A stretch of 64,000 nt of DNA from a bacterium (GTDB lineage: Bacteria > RBG-13-66-14): assembly GCA_035528375.1 (NCBI GenBank), contig DATKYS010000051.1, positions 4,503-68,502 on the forward strand, in the 5' to 3' direction. The notes under the pieces are model-generated. The model was not told the DNA's origin. It worked only from the letters and a program-made list of their open reading frames with translations, and ran no database searches. Numbering within the stretch: position 1 is the stretch's first letter; the number at the start of each line of letters is the position of its first letter. Position numbers and translations under genes: made by a program. This document shows positions 37,349-46,910 of this stretch, one piece after another.

Positions 37349-38362
37349 TCAAACTCCCCTCTTTCTCTTTTGTCGTTCCTTAATAAGCGAGTCCACCAGC
37401 GGGGTGAAGGTGTTGGCGAAGAGGATGGCGAAGAAGACGCCCCCGGAGAAGCTCGACGCCGCTCGGATGATTACGACCAGAACGCCGATGAGCGCGCCCA
37501 TGAGCCAGCGGCCGCCGTTCGTGGCCGGGGCGCTCACCGGGTCGGTGGCGAAGAAGAGCGCCCCGAAGAGGAGCCCCCCGCCGGCCAGGGTGAACGGAAC
37601 GTCCGGGACGAAACCGGGCCAGAGGAAATGAAGCACGAGGGCGGCCAGCGACGCGGCGCCCAGGACCGCCAGCGGCGTGCGCCAGTTGACGATTTTCCGC
37701 GCGAGGAGGTAAATCCCCAAGAGGACGAGGAGAACCGCCGCCGTCTCACCCATCGCCCCGCCGGTGTCCCCCCAGAGCATCGGCCCCAGCGGCCCCTGGA
37801 CGCCGGAGCCCTTGAAGGCCGCCAGGGGGGTGGCGGTGGTCACCGCGTCGGCCGCGGTCAGGTCGGGGGCCCAGCGGGCGAACCCCCCGATCCCGCCCCA
37901 GAACGGCTTCCACCAGTAGCCGGCGAAGTACGTCGGGAAGCTGATGGTCACGAAGGCCCGCCCGACCAGCGCCGGGTTGAAAACATTGCGCCCGAAGCCC
38001 CCGAAGACCTCCTTCCCGAAGAGCTGCCCCACGGCCACCCCGATGACCACCAGCCACCAGGGGACGTGCGCCGGGAGGGTCAGGCCGAAAAGAAGCGCCG
38101 TAATCCAGAAGCTGGGGTCCATGGGCCGACGGCGGACGATGGAGAACGCCGCGGCGGTGACCCAGCCCACGGCGTAGGCCAGGGCCAAAAGGAAGGCGCA
38201 GCGCCAGCCGAAGAGATAAACCGAGGTGAGCGCGAGGGGGAGGAAGGCCCAGGAGAACTTGGCGTGGAGCGGCAGGGGCTTGGTCCGGCCCCGGAAGAAG
38301 GGCAGGGCGTGGAGGCTTCCGCGCGCATGGTCCGCGAGAGAGGGCTTCGTAGCGTCCGCCAT
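37349..38362 (-). CDS. nqrB: Nqr/Rnf subunit NqrB (RnfD homolog)
   Basis: FGGFGRNVFNPALVGRAFV motif, a polytopic layout, and a TxAT FMN-site-like segment (DAVTTATPL). Confidence 0.85.
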   Translation of the reverse strand: MADATKPSLADHARGSLHALPFFRGRTKPLPLHAKFSWAFLPLALTSVYLFGWRCAFLLALAYAVGWVTAAAFSIVRRRPMDPSFWITALLFGLTLPAHVPWWLVVIGVAVGQLFGKEVFGGFGRNVFNPALVGRAFVTISFPTYFAGYWWKPFWGGIGGFARWAPDLTAADAVTTATPLAAFKGSGVQGPLGPMLWGDTGGAMGETAAVLLVLLGIYLLARKIVNWRTPLAVLGAASLAALVLHFLWPGFVPDVPFTLAGGGLLFGALFFATDPVSAPATNGGRWLMGALIGVLVVIIRAASSFSGGVFFAILFANTFTPLVDSLIKERQKRKRGV

Positions 38363-38515
38363 GCCTCCGCCCGGGGAAGGGTTGGAATCAGTTTAAGCTA
38401 GGAAAAAAACGGCCCCTTTGTCAAGCTCGCAAACCCGAACCACCGGGGGACGGGACCCGCGGACCCTCGACATAAACCGACCCCCGCAGGCCCGAACCAC
38501 CGGGGGGCGGGCGCG

Positions 38516-41155
38516 TCACGCCTCGGTTTCCCCGACACCCTCCGGCTCTTCCCCCTCCAGATCCGGCTTGTTGAAGCGGAGGGTGAAGGTGGCGCCCTTT
38601 CCGGGAGTGGAGGCCACCAGGACCTCGGCGCGGTGCAGCCGGGCCACCTGGGCCACGAAGGAGAGACCGAGGCCGGTGCCGCCCACGTCCCGCGCCGCCT
38701 TCGCCCGGTAGAACTTCTCGAAGATGTGCTCCCGCTCCTCGGGCTCGATCCCCGGCCCCTCGTCGGTCACCGACACCTCCACCGCCCGCTCGAGCTCCCG
38801 GACGGCCACGGTCACGTCGGTCCCGGCGGGGGCGTACTTGACGGCGTTGTCCAGCAGGTTCGCCAGCGCCCGGCTGACCAGGTTCACGTCGGCCAGGACG
38901 GCGCTCACGGCGGGGGGACGGTCGAGGAGGAGGGTCTTGCCGGCCTGGTTGGCGGTTATCCGCCCCAGCTCGATGACCTCCTCGGCCACCGCGCAGAGGT
39001 CCACGGGGAGGAACTGGCCCCGCCGCCGGCCACTCTCCAGGCGGCTCACGTCGAGGAACGTCTCGATGAGCTTCAACAGCTTGTCCGTTTCGGCGGCCAG
39101 GTGCCCCACGTACTCCAGGCGCTCGTCCCGGGAGACCTCCCGGTCCGCGAGGAGCTCGGCGAAGCCGCGGATGGTCCCCAGCGGGCTCTTCAGGTCGTGG
39201 GACAGGATGTGCATCACGTCGCTCTTCATCCGGTCTATGCGGGCCAGCTCGGTGATGTCGGTGAGGGTGACGACGAAGCCGCGCAGGCCGCGCTCGTCGG
39301 CCAGGGGGGCCACCGCAAGAAGGAAGGTCATCCCCTGGATTTTCACCGTGTCGCTGATGGCCCCGTCCACGGCATCCACCAGGAACTGGCGCAGGTTCTG
39401 CCCCGGCATGAGGGAGTATATGCTCTGACCCACCGTCTCCTTGGGTCCACGGGTCCCGTCGCCGTCGGCGAAGAGCTCCCGGGCCGCGGTGTTGGCCAGG
39501 CGGACCACCCCGTACACGCTGGTGAGCAGGATGACCTCGGCGGCGGCGTCCAGGACGTGCTGGAGCGTGAGCCGGCTGGCGGCCAGGTTCTCCTCCAGGT
39601 GGGACAGGATGTCCAGCTTGGCCTGGGTGTGCTCCCGGGTGAGGGTGGCCAGGGGCCAGGCGATCTCCCCGCCGGCGGGGCGGAAGATGCGCTTGAACTG
39701 CTGCGCGCCCGCGGTCAACAGCGCCACCTCGTTCACCGATGGGGTCCCCGAGTAGAAGAGGCAGAGCTCGGTCCCGGCGGAGTTGTCCCGGTACGTGCGC
39801 AGCGGCGGCTCCGGCTCATCCTCGGGGTTGCCGACCTCGCCCTGCCGGAAGAGCACCTTGCCCGTTCCGTCGCGCAGCAACAGGCCGTGGAGCCCCAGGG
39901 TGTAGGTGAGGCTCGTGGCCGCCTCCGCGGCGCCGGTCACCGGCTCCTCCCGGGAGAGCTGGTCGGAGAGGAGCAGCTCCAGGTCCATGAGACGCTTGTC
40001 CAGGGCCCGGTTGACCGATACGAGCCGGCCCAGGCTGGTGAACAAAAACGCCAGGGAGCCCGCCAGAAGGCCCGACACGACGGGGAGTAAATGGTTCGCC
40101 AGGGCGAAAACGGCCCCGGCCGCGAGGGGGTAGCCGACGACGAAACCGATGAAAACGACGATGGAGATTTTCGGGCGGAAGCGGGCGAAGAGGTCGCCTG
40201 TCACCGCCGCCAGGACCAGGGACAGGACGATGAGGGCCCAGCGCGGCCAGACGGTGGGCTCGTCGCCCTCCAGAATCGTAGCCGCCGCGTTGGCGTGCAC
40301 CTCCACCGCCGGCATGGGCGCCCGCATGGAGAAGGGGGTGATGACGGCGTCGTGCAGCCCCTCCGCCGAGGCGCCGAAGAAGACCAGCTTACCCTGGAAC
40401 CACTCCGCGAGCTGGGCTTCGTCGGAGCGCAGGACGGCCACGGCGCTGTACGTCGGGAAGGTGCCCGTGGGGCCCCGGTACGTGATGTCCAACCGGTCGC
40501 TCTGGCTCACCCCGGATTCGAGGGACGCGGACAGCGGTTCGAGCCTCCCCCCGCCGAAAGCGGTGGCGGCGGCGGCGGAGAAGGCGGGGTATGAAAGGCC
40601 GCCGTAGCTCTGGTAGGCGTACAGTGTGCGGTAAACGCCGTCCAGGTCGGGAACCAGCGCCACGTGACCCAGCGAGTGGGCCTTGGCGGAAAAGGGCGCC
40701 GCCGGCGTCAGCCATCTGAGCGGCTGGCCGGGAATCGGGGAGAGGTACACCGGTAGAACGGTGACGCCCATGCCGATGGCGTCGGCCAGACGCTCGTCGG
40801 AGGCCGGGTTGTCCGGCTCCAGGAGGGCCAGGTCCAGCGCCAGGCAGGCCGGATCCGCGGAGTGAATCCGCTCGACGAGCTGCGCCAACAGACCCCGGGG
40901 CCACGGGTAGCGCCCCAGCTCCGTCAGCGAACGCTGGTCAATGGTCACCAGGGCGATTTCGGGATCGGGTTCGACCGGTCCCCGCAAGCGGAACCGCAGG
41001 TCCCGGGTGCCCACCTCGAGCCGGTCCAGGAGGCCGGCGGCGCTCAACGCCGCGGCCACGACGCCGGCCAGGAGGCCCACCGTGAACCCCCAGGAGAGGA
41101 ACCGCTTTTTCTTCCCCCGATCCGCGCCGTTCATCGCTTTCTCGTCGTTTTCCAT
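38516..41155 (-). CDS. Sensor histidine kinase with periplasmic CHASE2 domain, PAS, HisKA and HATPase_c
   Basis: CHASE2 signature (...GRYPWPRGLLAQLV...), multiple TM helices, H-box MHILSHDLKSPLGTIRGFAELL, and C-terminal G1/G2 boxes. Confidence 0.85.
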   Translation of the reverse strand: MENDEKAMNGADRGKKKRFLSWGFTVGLLAGVVAAALSAAGLLDRLEVGTRDLRFRLRGPVEPDPEIALVTIDQRSLTELGRYPWPRGLLAQLVERIHSADPACLALDLALLEPDNPASDERLADAIGMGVTVLPVYLSPIPGQPLRWLTPAAPFSAKAHSLGHVALVPDLDGVYRTLYAYQSYGGLSYPAFSAAAATAFGGGRLEPLSASLESGVSQSDRLDITYRGPTGTFPTYSAVAVLRSDEAQLAEWFQGKLVFFGASAEGLHDAVITPFSMRAPMPAVEVHANAAATILEGDEPTVWPRWALIVLSLVLAAVTGDLFARFRPKISIVVFIGFVVGYPLAAGAVFALANHLLPVVSGLLAGSLAFLFTSLGRLVSVNRALDKRLMDLELLLSDQLSREEPVTGAAEAATSLTYTLGLHGLLLRDGTGKVLFRQGEVGNPEDEPEPPLRTYRDNSAGTELCLFYSGTPSVNEVALLTAGAQQFKRIFRPAGGEIAWPLATLTREHTQAKLDILSHLEENLAASRLTLQHVLDAAAEVILLTSVYGVVRLANTAARELFADGDGTRGPKETVGQSIYSLMPGQNLRQFLVDAVDGAISDTVKIQGMTFLLAVAPLADERGLRGFVVTLTDITELARIDRMKSDVMHILSHDLKSPLGTIRGFAELLADREVSRDERLEYVGHLAAETDKLLKLIETFLDVSRLESGRRRGQFLPVDLCAVAEEVIELGRITANQAGKTLLLDRPPAVSAVLADVNLVSRALANLLDNAVKYAPAGTDVTVAVRELERAVEVSVTDEGPGIEPEEREHIFEKFYRAKAARDVGGTGLGLSFVAQVARLHRAEVLVASTPGKGATFTLRFNKPDLEGEEPEGVGETEA

Positions 41156-41369
41156 CCCGACCCGCCGTCGAGGCGCAGGGGGTAACCACCCGATTCCATT
41201 TTAGCACAGCGCGCCGGCGACGTATTTCCTTGACAACGACCACTTTTTTTCCTAGCTTAGTGCATGGAGAAGTCCAGCGCTGAAATCCTTCCCGGAAGGT
41301 CGTACGGTGTTGACGTATACCCTGTGGGTGCGCCCCCACCGGTCAATGACACATTCCCTTGGGAGTAAC

Positions 41370-44009
41370 ATGAAAAAGATAGCCCTTATTTCGATCCTTC
41401 TCGTCTGCGCCGGGGCGGCCATGACACCGCAGGAGGCCGGTGGGCTCGTCATCGAGCGCGATCTCGGCGGCGTCACCGAGGCCAAGAGGGTCTACGTGTA
41501 CCCCGAGAACCTCTCCGGCGGCGAGATCGAGTTCTGGCACCACTCGATCACACTTCCCGACGAGTCGGGGTACTTCGTCTTCGTGGACGATTACCCCGCG
41601 GCCAACTGGGAACACCCCGCCCGCGCCTTCTTCGTCACCGAGGACGGACGGATCACCATCTGGGACGTTTCCACGCCCCCCAAGTACCTCCAGGACGACC
41701 TGGTCGAGCTCACCGACGGCAGCATCTACGACGGGCTCATTCACACCGAGTACCACATCCCCACCTTGGAGGAGGTCCAGCCCACCCGCGAGTACCTGGA
41801 CAAGATAATCCCCCAGCCGGATGAGCGGGCCGGCGTGCGCTACGCGTTCCTCATGAGCGGCGGCGCCAACCAGGGCAACAACCACATCCGCTACTGGAAC
41901 GACATGGCCTCCATGTACTGGACGCTCATCAACATCTATGGCTACGACGAGAACGACATCTTCGTCCTGATGTCCGACGGTGACAACCCGGGCGTTGATC
42001 GCTCCGACGGCACGAACTCGCCCCTGGACCTCGACGGCGACTCGGACGACGACTACCACGACCCCTGCACCCGGACCTACGTCTTCCAGTACTTCAACGA
42101 CCTCGAGGCCCTGTTGACGTCCGAGGACAGCCTCTTCATCTTCACCACCGACCACGGCGGGAGCGGTTCCTACCTCAACCTGTGGAACTTTGAGTCGCTC
42201 TGGGACTACGAGTTCGCCGACGAGCTGGACGACATCGCCTTCTCCCAGTGCATCATCACCATGGAGCAGTGCTACTCCGGCGGCTTCGTAGACGACGTGG
42301 ACGATATACCCAACGTGGTCATCTCCACGGCCTGCTCGGCCAGTGAGTCCTCCTGGGCCATGCCTCCCAACTACTACTACGACACCTACGTGTACTTCTG
42401 GACGGCGGGCGTAAACGGTGAGTTCCCCGGCTGGCCCGTGGACATGGGCGGCGGGACGGCCGACGCCGACTCCGACGACGACGGCACCGTGACCGCGCAC
42501 GAGGCCTTCATCTACGCCGAGGCGGAGGACTTCTCATCCGAAACGCCGCAGTACTGCGACGTCTCCGGCATCGGCGAGGAAATCAGCCTCTGGGGCGGCG
42601 GGCTCGGGCCCCGCATCCGCATGACATCCTACGAGGTGCTGGGCGACGAGGGCGACGCGCTCCTGGTTCCCGGCGAGGATGCCGACATATCCCTCACCCT
42701 GAAGAACACGGGCGGCGAGACAGCCACCAATGTGGTCGCCGTCCTCTCCTCCGATGACACCGACATCGAGGTCACCGTGGACGAGATTGACTTCGGCGAC
42801 CTCGATCCCGACGAGGAGACGGAGGGGCCCAACCCCTTCGAAATTACAGTTTCCAGCTTCGCCGACGATCCCGGCGTCTACTACCTCGGCTGCGATGTCA
42901 CCGCGGACGGCGGAATCCAAGAAACCTTCACCATCATGGTCACCGTGGGTTCCGAGTTCGGCTTCTTCGACGACATCGAGGACGGCGAGGGCGACTGGGC
43001 CCACTCGGGTGACGTGGACCTGTGGCACATCGAGGACTACCGCGCCCGCTCACCGGAATATTCATGGAAGTGCGGCGGCGAGGATGACGGGAACTACGAG
43101 CCCAACATGGACTGCTACCTCTACTCCCCGATGATTCTCGTCGGTCTGGAAAACCCGCAGCTCGACTTCTGGACCTTCTACAAAATCGCTCCCGGAGGCG
43201 ACGGCTGCAGGCTCGAATTCGGCGACGACGCCCGTACCTGGGAGGAGCTGGAGGTGTACTACGGCACCCAGCAGGATTGGCTGCAGGAGACCTTCGACCT
43301 CACCGACTACGCCGGCGTCATCGGCCAGTTCCGCTTCAACTTCTTCTCCAACGGTTCGACCGAGCGCGAGGGCTTCTACTTCGACGACTTCGAGGTCTCG
43401 CCGCCCGACGTGGGCATCGCGCTGGTTGATTTCACCGTCGGGTCCACCGACGCGGGAGCCCTGGTGTCCTGGACCCCGGGCGACGGCGACACCACCGTCG
43501 GATTCAGCATTTACCGCCAGGACGGCGTTCTCGTTGACTCCATGGTCCTGGCGACCGGAGACCGCAACCCGCTGGTTCCGCTGAACTCCACGCCGATTCC
43601 CGGCGGCAGCTCCAGCTACCGCTACCTGGACTCAGACGTGACCTCCGGCGGCGACTACCTCTACTACCTCAAGGCCACCGACTCCGACGGGACCCTGTCC
43701 CTCTTCGGACCGGTCGAGTTCCACTACGACGCCGAGGCCGGCTCGCGGACGACCAAGTTCGACGCGCCATTCCCGAATCCCGCCTCGGGCGAGGTGACCT
43801 TCGCCTTCAGCCTCGCCGTTGACGGCCGGGCCTCCCTGGCGGTGTACGACCTCGCCGGGCGCCGGGTGGCCACGCTGGTGGACACCGACCTCGTCGCCGG
43901 GCGGCACGAGATAGGCTGGGACGCCTCGGGTATCGCCTCGGGCGCTTACATCATCCGCCTGGTAACCGAAGGGCGCACCCTGAACCAGCGCCTGGTCATC
44001 AGCCGGTAG
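41370..44009 (+). CDS. Secreted clan-CD (legumain/gingipain-like) cysteine peptidase with Ig-like domains and a T9SS C-terminal sorting domain
   Basis: Signal peptide MKKIALISILLVCAGAAM. His-Gly / Gln-Cys dyad context (FIFTTDHGGSGS ... FSQCIITMEQCYSGGF). C-terminal ...TFAFSLAVDGRASLAVYDLAGRRVATLVDTDLVAGRHEIGWDASGIASGAYIIRL is a por_Secre_tail-type domain. Confidence 0.7.
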   Translation: MKKIALISILLVCAGAAMTPQEAGGLVIERDLGGVTEAKRVYVYPENLSGGEIEFWHHSITLPDESGYFVFVDDYPAANWEHPARAFFVTEDGRITIWDVSTPPKYLQDDLVELTDGSIYDGLIHTEYHIPTLEEVQPTREYLDKIIPQPDERAGVRYAFLMSGGANQGNNHIRYWNDMASMYWTLINIYGYDENDIFVLMSDGDNPGVDRSDGTNSPLDLDGDSDDDYHDPCTRTYVFQYFNDLEALLTSEDSLFIFTTDHGGSGSYLNLWNFESLWDYEFADELDDIAFSQCIITMEQCYSGGFVDDVDDIPNVVISTACSASESSWAMPPNYYYDTYVYFWTAGVNGEFPGWPVDMGGGTADADSDDDGTVTAHEAFIYAEAEDFSSETPQYCDVSGIGEEISLWGGGLGPRIRMTSYEVLGDEGDALLVPGEDADISLTLKNTGGETATNVVAVLSSDDTDIEVTVDEIDFGDLDPDEETEGPNPFEITVSSFADDPGVYYLGCDVTADGGIQETFTIMVTVGSEFGFFDDIEDGEGDWAHSGDVDLWHIEDYRARSPEYSWKCGGEDDGNYEPNMDCYLYSPMILVGLENPQLDFWTFYKIAPGGDGCRLEFGDDARTWEELEVYYGTQQDWLQETFDLTDYAGVIGQFRFNFFSNGSTEREGFYFDDFEVSPPDVGIALVDFTVGSTDAGALVSWTPGDGDTTVGFSIYRQDGVLVDSMVLATGDRNPLVPLNSTPIPGGSSSYRYLDSDVTSGGDYLYYLKATDSDGTLSLFGPVEFHYDAEAGSRTTKFDAPFPNPASGEVTFAFSLAVDGRASLAVYDLAGRRVATLVDTDLVAGRHEIGWDASGIASGAYIIRLVTEGRTLNQRLVISR

Positions 44010-44021
44010 CGGCGCGGCAAT

Positions 44022-44052
44022 TGCAGATAAAACGGAACCCAGTACGGGTTCC
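44022..44052 (+). terminator. Rho-independent terminator after the peptidase gene
   Basis: aaacGGAACCCagtaCGGGTTCCgttttttt. Confidence 0.7.
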
Positions 44053-44133
44053 GTTTTTTTCTTGAAATTCTTGTGAATGTGGTATAATATTTACCACAGA
44101 CACTTGAACAGACAACATAGTAATGGAGGAGCT

Positions 44134-44499
44134 ATGTTCGGTGACTTCGTAAAGGCGCAAAGATTGGCGTTGGATTTGAGCCTACGCCAATTTTGCCAGA
44201 AGCTGGAACTGGATCCCAGCAACTGGAGCAAGGTCGAGCGCGGGATTCTTCCGCCGCCCAAGGATGAGGTATTTCTGGAGCGGTTGGCAAATTTACTGCA
44301 AATCGAAATTGGCTCACCGAAGTGGCAAGAGCTCTCCGACCTGGCGCATGTTGACCGGGGAGAGATCCCAGGGTATGTGATGCAGGATGAGGAGCTAGTT
44401 AAATTGCTGCCCGTCTTTTTCAGGACCATTGACAGCATCAAACCCACTAGACAAGAGATAATCCAACTGCTGGAGAGCATTAAGGAGGCGCATAAATGA
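44134..44499 (+). CDS. XRE-family helix-turn-helix transcriptional regulator (AT-rich island)
   Basis: MFGDFVKAQRLALDLSLRQFCQKLELDPSNWSKVERG is a Cro/C1-type HTH. Perfect RBS taatGGAGGAgctATG. Confidence 0.7.
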   Translation: MFGDFVKAQRLALDLSLRQFCQKLELDPSNWSKVERGILPPPKDEVFLERLANLLQIEIGSPKWQELSDLAHVDRGEIPGYVMQDEELVKLLPVFFRTIDSIKPTRQEIIQLLESIKEAHK

Positions 44500-45110
44500 G
44501 CTTTCAATTCATGTGTCCCTTCATCAGAAAGGAAGAGCTTTGGGGGAGGGCGGAAGATATTCGGACCACTTACCTAGTGGACTATAAATTACCTATTGAT
44601 AGCGAGCTGATATGCGAAAAGGCAGGCTTGGATGTAGTACCAACAGCTATGCCGAATGTATTCGATTGTTGCATCATTGTAAGTAGAAATGAGTTATGTG
44701 TTAGTCTGAATAGATATTTAGATGACCGTAACGAAAATCGTCTTCGTTTCACTTTTGCGCACGAATTGGGGCACTTCATCTTACACCGGAGCATTCTTGA
44801 AGAGTTAAGTCTGCAAACGATAGATGATTATCTGGAATTCTTGGATGCAGAGCAAGATGAAGCGTATTTACGTTTTGAGTTTCAAGCCAATGAATTTGCA
44901 GGGCGTCTGTTAGTGCCTAGAGACCTGCTTCAAGAGAGATTCGAAAAGCTAATAAGCTCGATTCCGTCTGACCAACGGGCATTTGTTGCAGATAATCTTG
45001 ACTACCTAAAAACCGTGGCGAGCGAAAAGATTTGTGTCGAGTTTGGTGTTTCCCCAAGAGTCATAGCAATAAGGCTCGAACGCGAAGGGTTGTGGCCTCC
45101 CAGGTTGTAG
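44496..45110 (+). CDS. ImmA/IrrE-family zinc metallopeptidase (DUF955, HEXXH)
   Basis: FAHELGHFILH motif. It overlaps the XRE gene by ATGA. Confidence 0.8.
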   Translation: MSFQFMCPFIRKEELWGRAEDIRTTYLVDYKLPIDSELICEKAGLDVVPTAMPNVFDCCIIVSRNELCVSLNRYLDDRNENRLRFTFAHELGHFILHRSILEELSLQTIDDYLEFLDAEQDEAYLRFEFQANEFAGRLLVPRDLLQERFEKLISSIPSDQRAFVADNLDYLKTVASEKICVEFGVSPRVIAIRLEREGLWPPRL

Positions 45111-45164
45111 AGGGAAATGCTTCACTTCCAAACCGGCTCGATAAGTAAGCTCTTTGTTAATAAA

Positions 45165-45300
45165 CGGGCGGACCTAAAGGTCCGCCCCTACGTCATCGCA
45201 ATTCATACGGCGCGGGCCGGGGTGAGGGTCGGGGTCTTGAACGTGATATGGGCGGGGTACTCAAGCCCCCGCCCTACGCGCTTCATCTACCCCCACCGGG
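45165..45300. repeat. REP-like palindromic elements
   Basis: gcggacctaaaggtccgcccctac and cgggccggggtgagggtcggggtc. Confidence 0.65.
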
Positions 45301-45316
45301 GTTGGACACCGACCGC

Positions 45317-46903
45317 CTACTCGGCAGGCCCCTCCGCCCGCGGTTCCAGAATCAGCCGCTCCCGGGGGTAATCGAAGATCACGGCGGCGAAGCGAACGAG
45401 AAAGGGCAGCCCCAGCAGCGCGTCGGCGTCCATGACGGACAGCGGCCCCCCGGCCTCGCCCAGGGTGTAGGTCACCCGGGGGTCGTCCACCCGCCAGAAC
45501 GAAGGATGTACGCCCGTCGCCGGTTGAGCGCCGACGAGGTAGTAATCCGCCTGCCGTAAGAGCGCCCCCATGATCCCGCCGAGCCCCGTCAGGCTCATGA
45601 AGGTGTAATCCCCGGGCTGCGCCCCCGAGAGGTCCATCAGCCGGCCCGCGCTGCGCGGCAGGACCAGGAGCTCCAGCGGCGACCCCGAATCCAGTATGAA
45701 GGAAAGGCCGCCCACCCCCTCCAATTCGCCCGGGACCTGCGGCAGCCGCCCCGGCAGGTGTATCGGGACCACCACCGCCCCCGGGGGGACCACGGGCTCC
45801 GCACCGGGCGGCAGGAGCTCCAGGGTGCCGGCCTCCACGTCCAGCCGCGCCGGGACCTGACCCAGCAGATCGTAACCGATCAGCCCGTCGAAGGGGGCGA
45901 CGAGGCTCAACAGGAACGACGGCTCCCCGATGACCACCGTCTGCCCCTCGAGTGTCACCGGCCCGATTACGAGCCCGTCCACCACGGCCACGCCGTGCCC
46001 CGTGGCGTCGTTGCCCAGGGAGACGACCAGGCTCTCGCCGACGGGGACGAGCCCGAGTTTTTCAGCGACATCGGGCCGAAGGTAGCTTATCGCCGCGCCG
46101 GAATCCACCGCGAGCTCCAGCTCGAGGCCGCCCACGGTCGCCGACGCCAGGAGCATACCACCCGCCAGGCGCAACGGGATGGTGCGCTCCGCGCTCTCGT
46201 CGTAGACCAGGCCCGAGGGCTCGGGCGGGGTCAGGTCCACCTCCCCGGGGTCCAGCTCCCGGAACTCCGCCCGCTCGAGCTCGTAGGCGGGGGAATCGCC
46301 GGGGTTCACGGAGACGGTGCGGGAGAGGTGCGGCGCCCCGTCGCCCGGCTCGCCGAAGCCCGCGTACCAGATACGTTCGTCGAAGAACACCTCGGCCCCG
46401 GACAGGCGCCCGTCGGGCTCCAGGGTGAGCCTGAGCAGCGCCCCGTCCCAGTTTAAAATCACCTCGCCCTCCGGCCCGAAGGAGGGTTCGAGCTCCAGGT
46501 AGGCCCCGCTCAGGAACAGGGCGTTGATCGCCGCCTCCTCGTTCTCGCGGGGGGAGAGGCGGCGGACGGCGCCCCCCGTGGTCTTTTCCAATCCCCCGTC
46601 CGGCGACCAGACGACGAGCCCCTGGTCGGGACCGCTGAGCGGGATGATCCGGAAACCCTCCAGCGAGCCGTCCTCCCCGAGGCGGTACTCCAGCTCCGAC
46701 TCGGTGAGGTACCCCAGGACGTCCGTGGTGAAGATGAGGCTCCCCGCGCGGGGGAGCTCCCCCCGTCCCAGGACGAGCCGTTGGTGAACCTCCCAGAGGG
46801 CCCCGGCGTCGCCGGCCCCTTCGCACCCGGGAAGCCACGCCGCCGCCAGCGCCAGGGCGAGGGGGAGGGACAGGGCGTTCCGCTGGAGAGTCTTTCCCGT
46901 CAT
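45317..46903 (-). CDS. Lipoprotein with two retropepsin-like (clan AA) aspartic-protease domains
   Basis: Lipobox ...LALALAAAWLPGC. Two D-S-G-A/S motifs (LELAVDSGAAIS and SFILDSGSPLEL) form a pepsin-like pseudo-dimer on one chain. Confidence 0.6.
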   Translation of the reverse strand: MTGKTLQRNALSLPLALALAAAWLPGCEGAGDAGALWEVHQRLVLGRGELPRAGSLIFTTDVLGYLTESELEYRLGEDGSLEGFRIIPLSGPDQGLVVWSPDGGLEKTTGGAVRRLSPRENEEAAINALFLSGAYLELEPSFGPEGEVILNWDGALLRLTLEPDGRLSGAEVFFDERIWYAGFGEPGDGAPHLSRTVSVNPGDSPAYELERAEFRELDPGEVDLTPPEPSGLVYDESAERTIPLRLAGGMLLASATVGGLELELAVDSGAAISYLRPDVAEKLGLVPVGESLVVSLGNDATGHGVAVVDGLVIGPVTLEGQTVVIGEPSFLLSLVAPFDGLIGYDLLGQVPARLDVEAGTLELLPPGAEPVVPPGAVVVPIHLPGRLPQVPGELEGVGGLSFILDSGSPLELLVLPRSAGRLMDLSGAQPGDYTFMSLTGLGGIMGALLRQADYYLVGAQPATGVHPSFWRVDDPRVTYTLGEAGGPLSVMDADALLGLPFLVRFAAVIFDYPRERLILEPRAEGPAE

Positions 46904-46910
46904 CGGTTTT

